In this document: one piece after another, positions 63,101 through 64,000 of the stretch
How the letters are laid out: the number at the start of each line of letters is the position of its first letter
Numbering within the stretch: position 1 is the first letter of the stretch
From: Oscillospiraceae bacterium
GTDB taxonomy: Bacteria; Bacillota; Clostridia; Oscillospirales; CAG-272
Direction of reading: 5' to 3'
Assembly (NCBI GenBank): GCA_015063585.1
Contig: SVTW01000003.1
Span: 871-64,870 of the forward strand
Length of the DNA: 64,000 nucleotides
Notes under the pieces: model-generated
What the model saw: the letters and a program-made list of their open reading frames with translations, nothing else
Told to the model about the DNA's origin: nothing
Database searches by the model: none
Translations under genes and position numbers: made by a program

Positions 63101-63840
63101 GAGCAACCAATATCGTATGGGAACCTGACGGATACTATATTGACTCATATCTATCAAATGTGTTCGAAAAAGATTTTATTTCATCGTGTGGGGTGGCTTC
63201 TAAAAAGAACATTCCTTTATTAACAATGGAAACGTCAATGGAGCAAATGGCTTTACTCGATGAATCGAAGAGGTTTGCTAATTTGCAGGTTGTTGGCATA
63301 GTTCCTTTATGTTATTCTACAATGGAACAAGAACCGGAAAAGCTCAGCAAAATGTTATATGAGCTTCTTAAAGACTGCACATTTATCAGTTTTACGGCTG
63401 AAACGATTTATGAGCAAATTAAAGCAAATAATTTCATCATAGATGAAAATATGCTTTCAAGATTTTTTATTTGTAGATCTTCTTACGATATGCTCAGTTT
63501 TGAAAATGTGTATGTTATTACCATTAAATTGTTGTTGGAAGATCACCCGGATTCGGCAGTTGCCTTTGCAGCATTGGTTGTGAATAATGCAGAAACCATT
63601 TGGAGAAAAGGAACATATTACAGATATCTGCAAGGGCAATGGAAAGATCCGGAAGCAATCGCAAAAACGAAGGCGATAACACAGTATGAACTCTGTCTGC
63701 TTTACCATTTGAAAAATGTTTTTTCGAATAATCTTCCTTCGCAAATACAGCAACAATGTGAGTCTATTTTTGAAAACGTAAAACGAGAATTAGGGCGGGA
63801 ATATGTAGCAGAGATTATGGAATCGCTCAAATCAATATGA
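60118..63840 (+). CDS. Large TPR-repeat protein with C-terminal PIN-like domain (putative anti-phage/conflict protein)
   Basis: 1240 aa, AT-rich, helical TPR-like repeats; VIVDTLTLIVLYRYGCLEAL...IHICYSTL and later IPLLTME resemble the PIN domain of TPR-GreAB-C-PIN systems. Confidence 0.7.
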   Translation: MINKIFSAVGKAIDGAFSSFGNKKMLEKATAFCDEKIKFPKLIKEIETKIEEKYDQYSFYNDLNAYLVDNKVIPLLFATFGEGGNNIPTESQFRKLHLTNFSKKYKQYSRYEKSFISECLSFIYGEVQKGVIDLNAHTESGKFHIAINLATAQGLEACSEIKEGQKDIKSETTQIKEMLSELCARIPQTTIQHQQITATTIDDIGAMSEKISNFLKKIDLVGTAENPVANDEDAIIKYQELSAEALTTLLGENAAQVNLVIGSLQCHIAIHHSNLGQIDKAFQCLENVPTDAVKGSKLYHFVIAVIIVNHGIEEKYDIASASVNRALELDANYHRAFLVGQYLSVLRKADSLEAILTALDSRFAPILEENSDCTLIADYFIYRGFICKEFVEFDAAEQAFIKAKEFGYDELVSDYNIGLLYYTRATQNVPKNTRVFCAKVDTSLLIKTIDLFKPWLFDRAGSIPVFIKSRMVGLYASACSIIGIKHDLKPIEQYIKLPNLEYEVQRILAFGTDQQIGDEIVGLLAPEDQLYAQIVNCVNADRYSDIPSIFANMTDEQLSIQPAPTIFMILQACIINKDVDGYQRYRAFIKPTDETDHIECFDAYMLEQEGNIEKAKEILDKYAFSSVDYHLLSNILRFYARNNFDAEREKLFLYLLNASQEKRIFIDDKLDLYEKAIHFFISQKSDYAKHFVDDIQEDTVLAWRLKAYYYEAIGDIHNLLSAISELANKEQGKQLEHTKNKCICLLKLMRYEDALIESKALLETVHENNIKDRTQILWIISTAYLFLGDEANSVSWANKAHELTVPIPSDKSHQAYFARAMRVGASEDSLGSILEYQKMHPVAVDWLKAIKLPENSTGEDFVNALNEMTGYSHEKYMQREKEFLSYYNSDIGFPNSLLLKHCGDNLNSFFALFSKNKLRVANGNPNNLEKSQKLIGEHVIVDTLTLIVLYRYGCLEALEKIPNIHICYSTLARMQDYYQTLSAGYVGELLRWMSGATNIVWEPDGYYIDSYLSNVFEKDFISSCGVASKKNIPLLTMETSMEQMALLDESKRFANLQVVGIVPLCYSTMEQEPEKLSKMLYELLKDCTFISFTAETIYEQIKANNFIIDENMLSRFFICRSSYDMLSFENVYVITIKLLLEDHPDSAVAFAALVVNNAETIWRKGTYYRYLQGQWKDPEAIAKTKAITQYELCLLYHLKNVFSNNLPSQIQQQCESIFENVKRELGREYVAEIMESLKSI

Positions 63841-64000
63841 CAACCTATCATACCGCACTGTTGTTCCCATAATTTAGCAGTAGTCTTCGGGCTACTGCTT
63901 TTTTATTACCCTATAAGATTTTCATCTCATAGCCGTTCTGTTTTGATGATATCGACGATAAACACCTATAATTAAACAGAGTCATCGACAGAAATTGCGA

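Overview
Chromosomal replication-origin region of a spore-forming Clostridia-class Firmicute. It holds spoVT and the dnaA-oriC-dnaN-recF-remB-gyrB-gyrA cluster, which is interrupted by DUF3267 and mreCD. Housekeeping and metabolic genes, a 3121-aa subtilase/LRR surface protein and a Cu-type P1B ATPase are also present. An AT-rich mobile/defence island starts at about 56.5 kb. The most striking signal is non-coding: 12 intergenic mosaic arrays (about 8 kb in total, counted by eye) are built from a small set of palindromic REP-like modules. These modules are joined head-to-tail at one recurring ~26-bp junction (AAGACCCTGC-CGGCAC-TACCGATAAA or -TCGCGRAAA; about 29 copies). Junction-to-junction cassettes have near-fixed lengths and appear in different orders in different arrays, which suggests a cassette-shuffling system with no enzyme encoded in the window. 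Other candidates worth checking are a radical SAM/SPASM gene coupled to a membrane protein with a (Cys-Ala)6 tail, a tri-domain PEP mutase with altered catalytic motifs, an intact ISL3-like ORF lacking its catalytic acids, and a TPR-PIN defence-like protein. All family calls come from motif recognition by eye; no searches were run.
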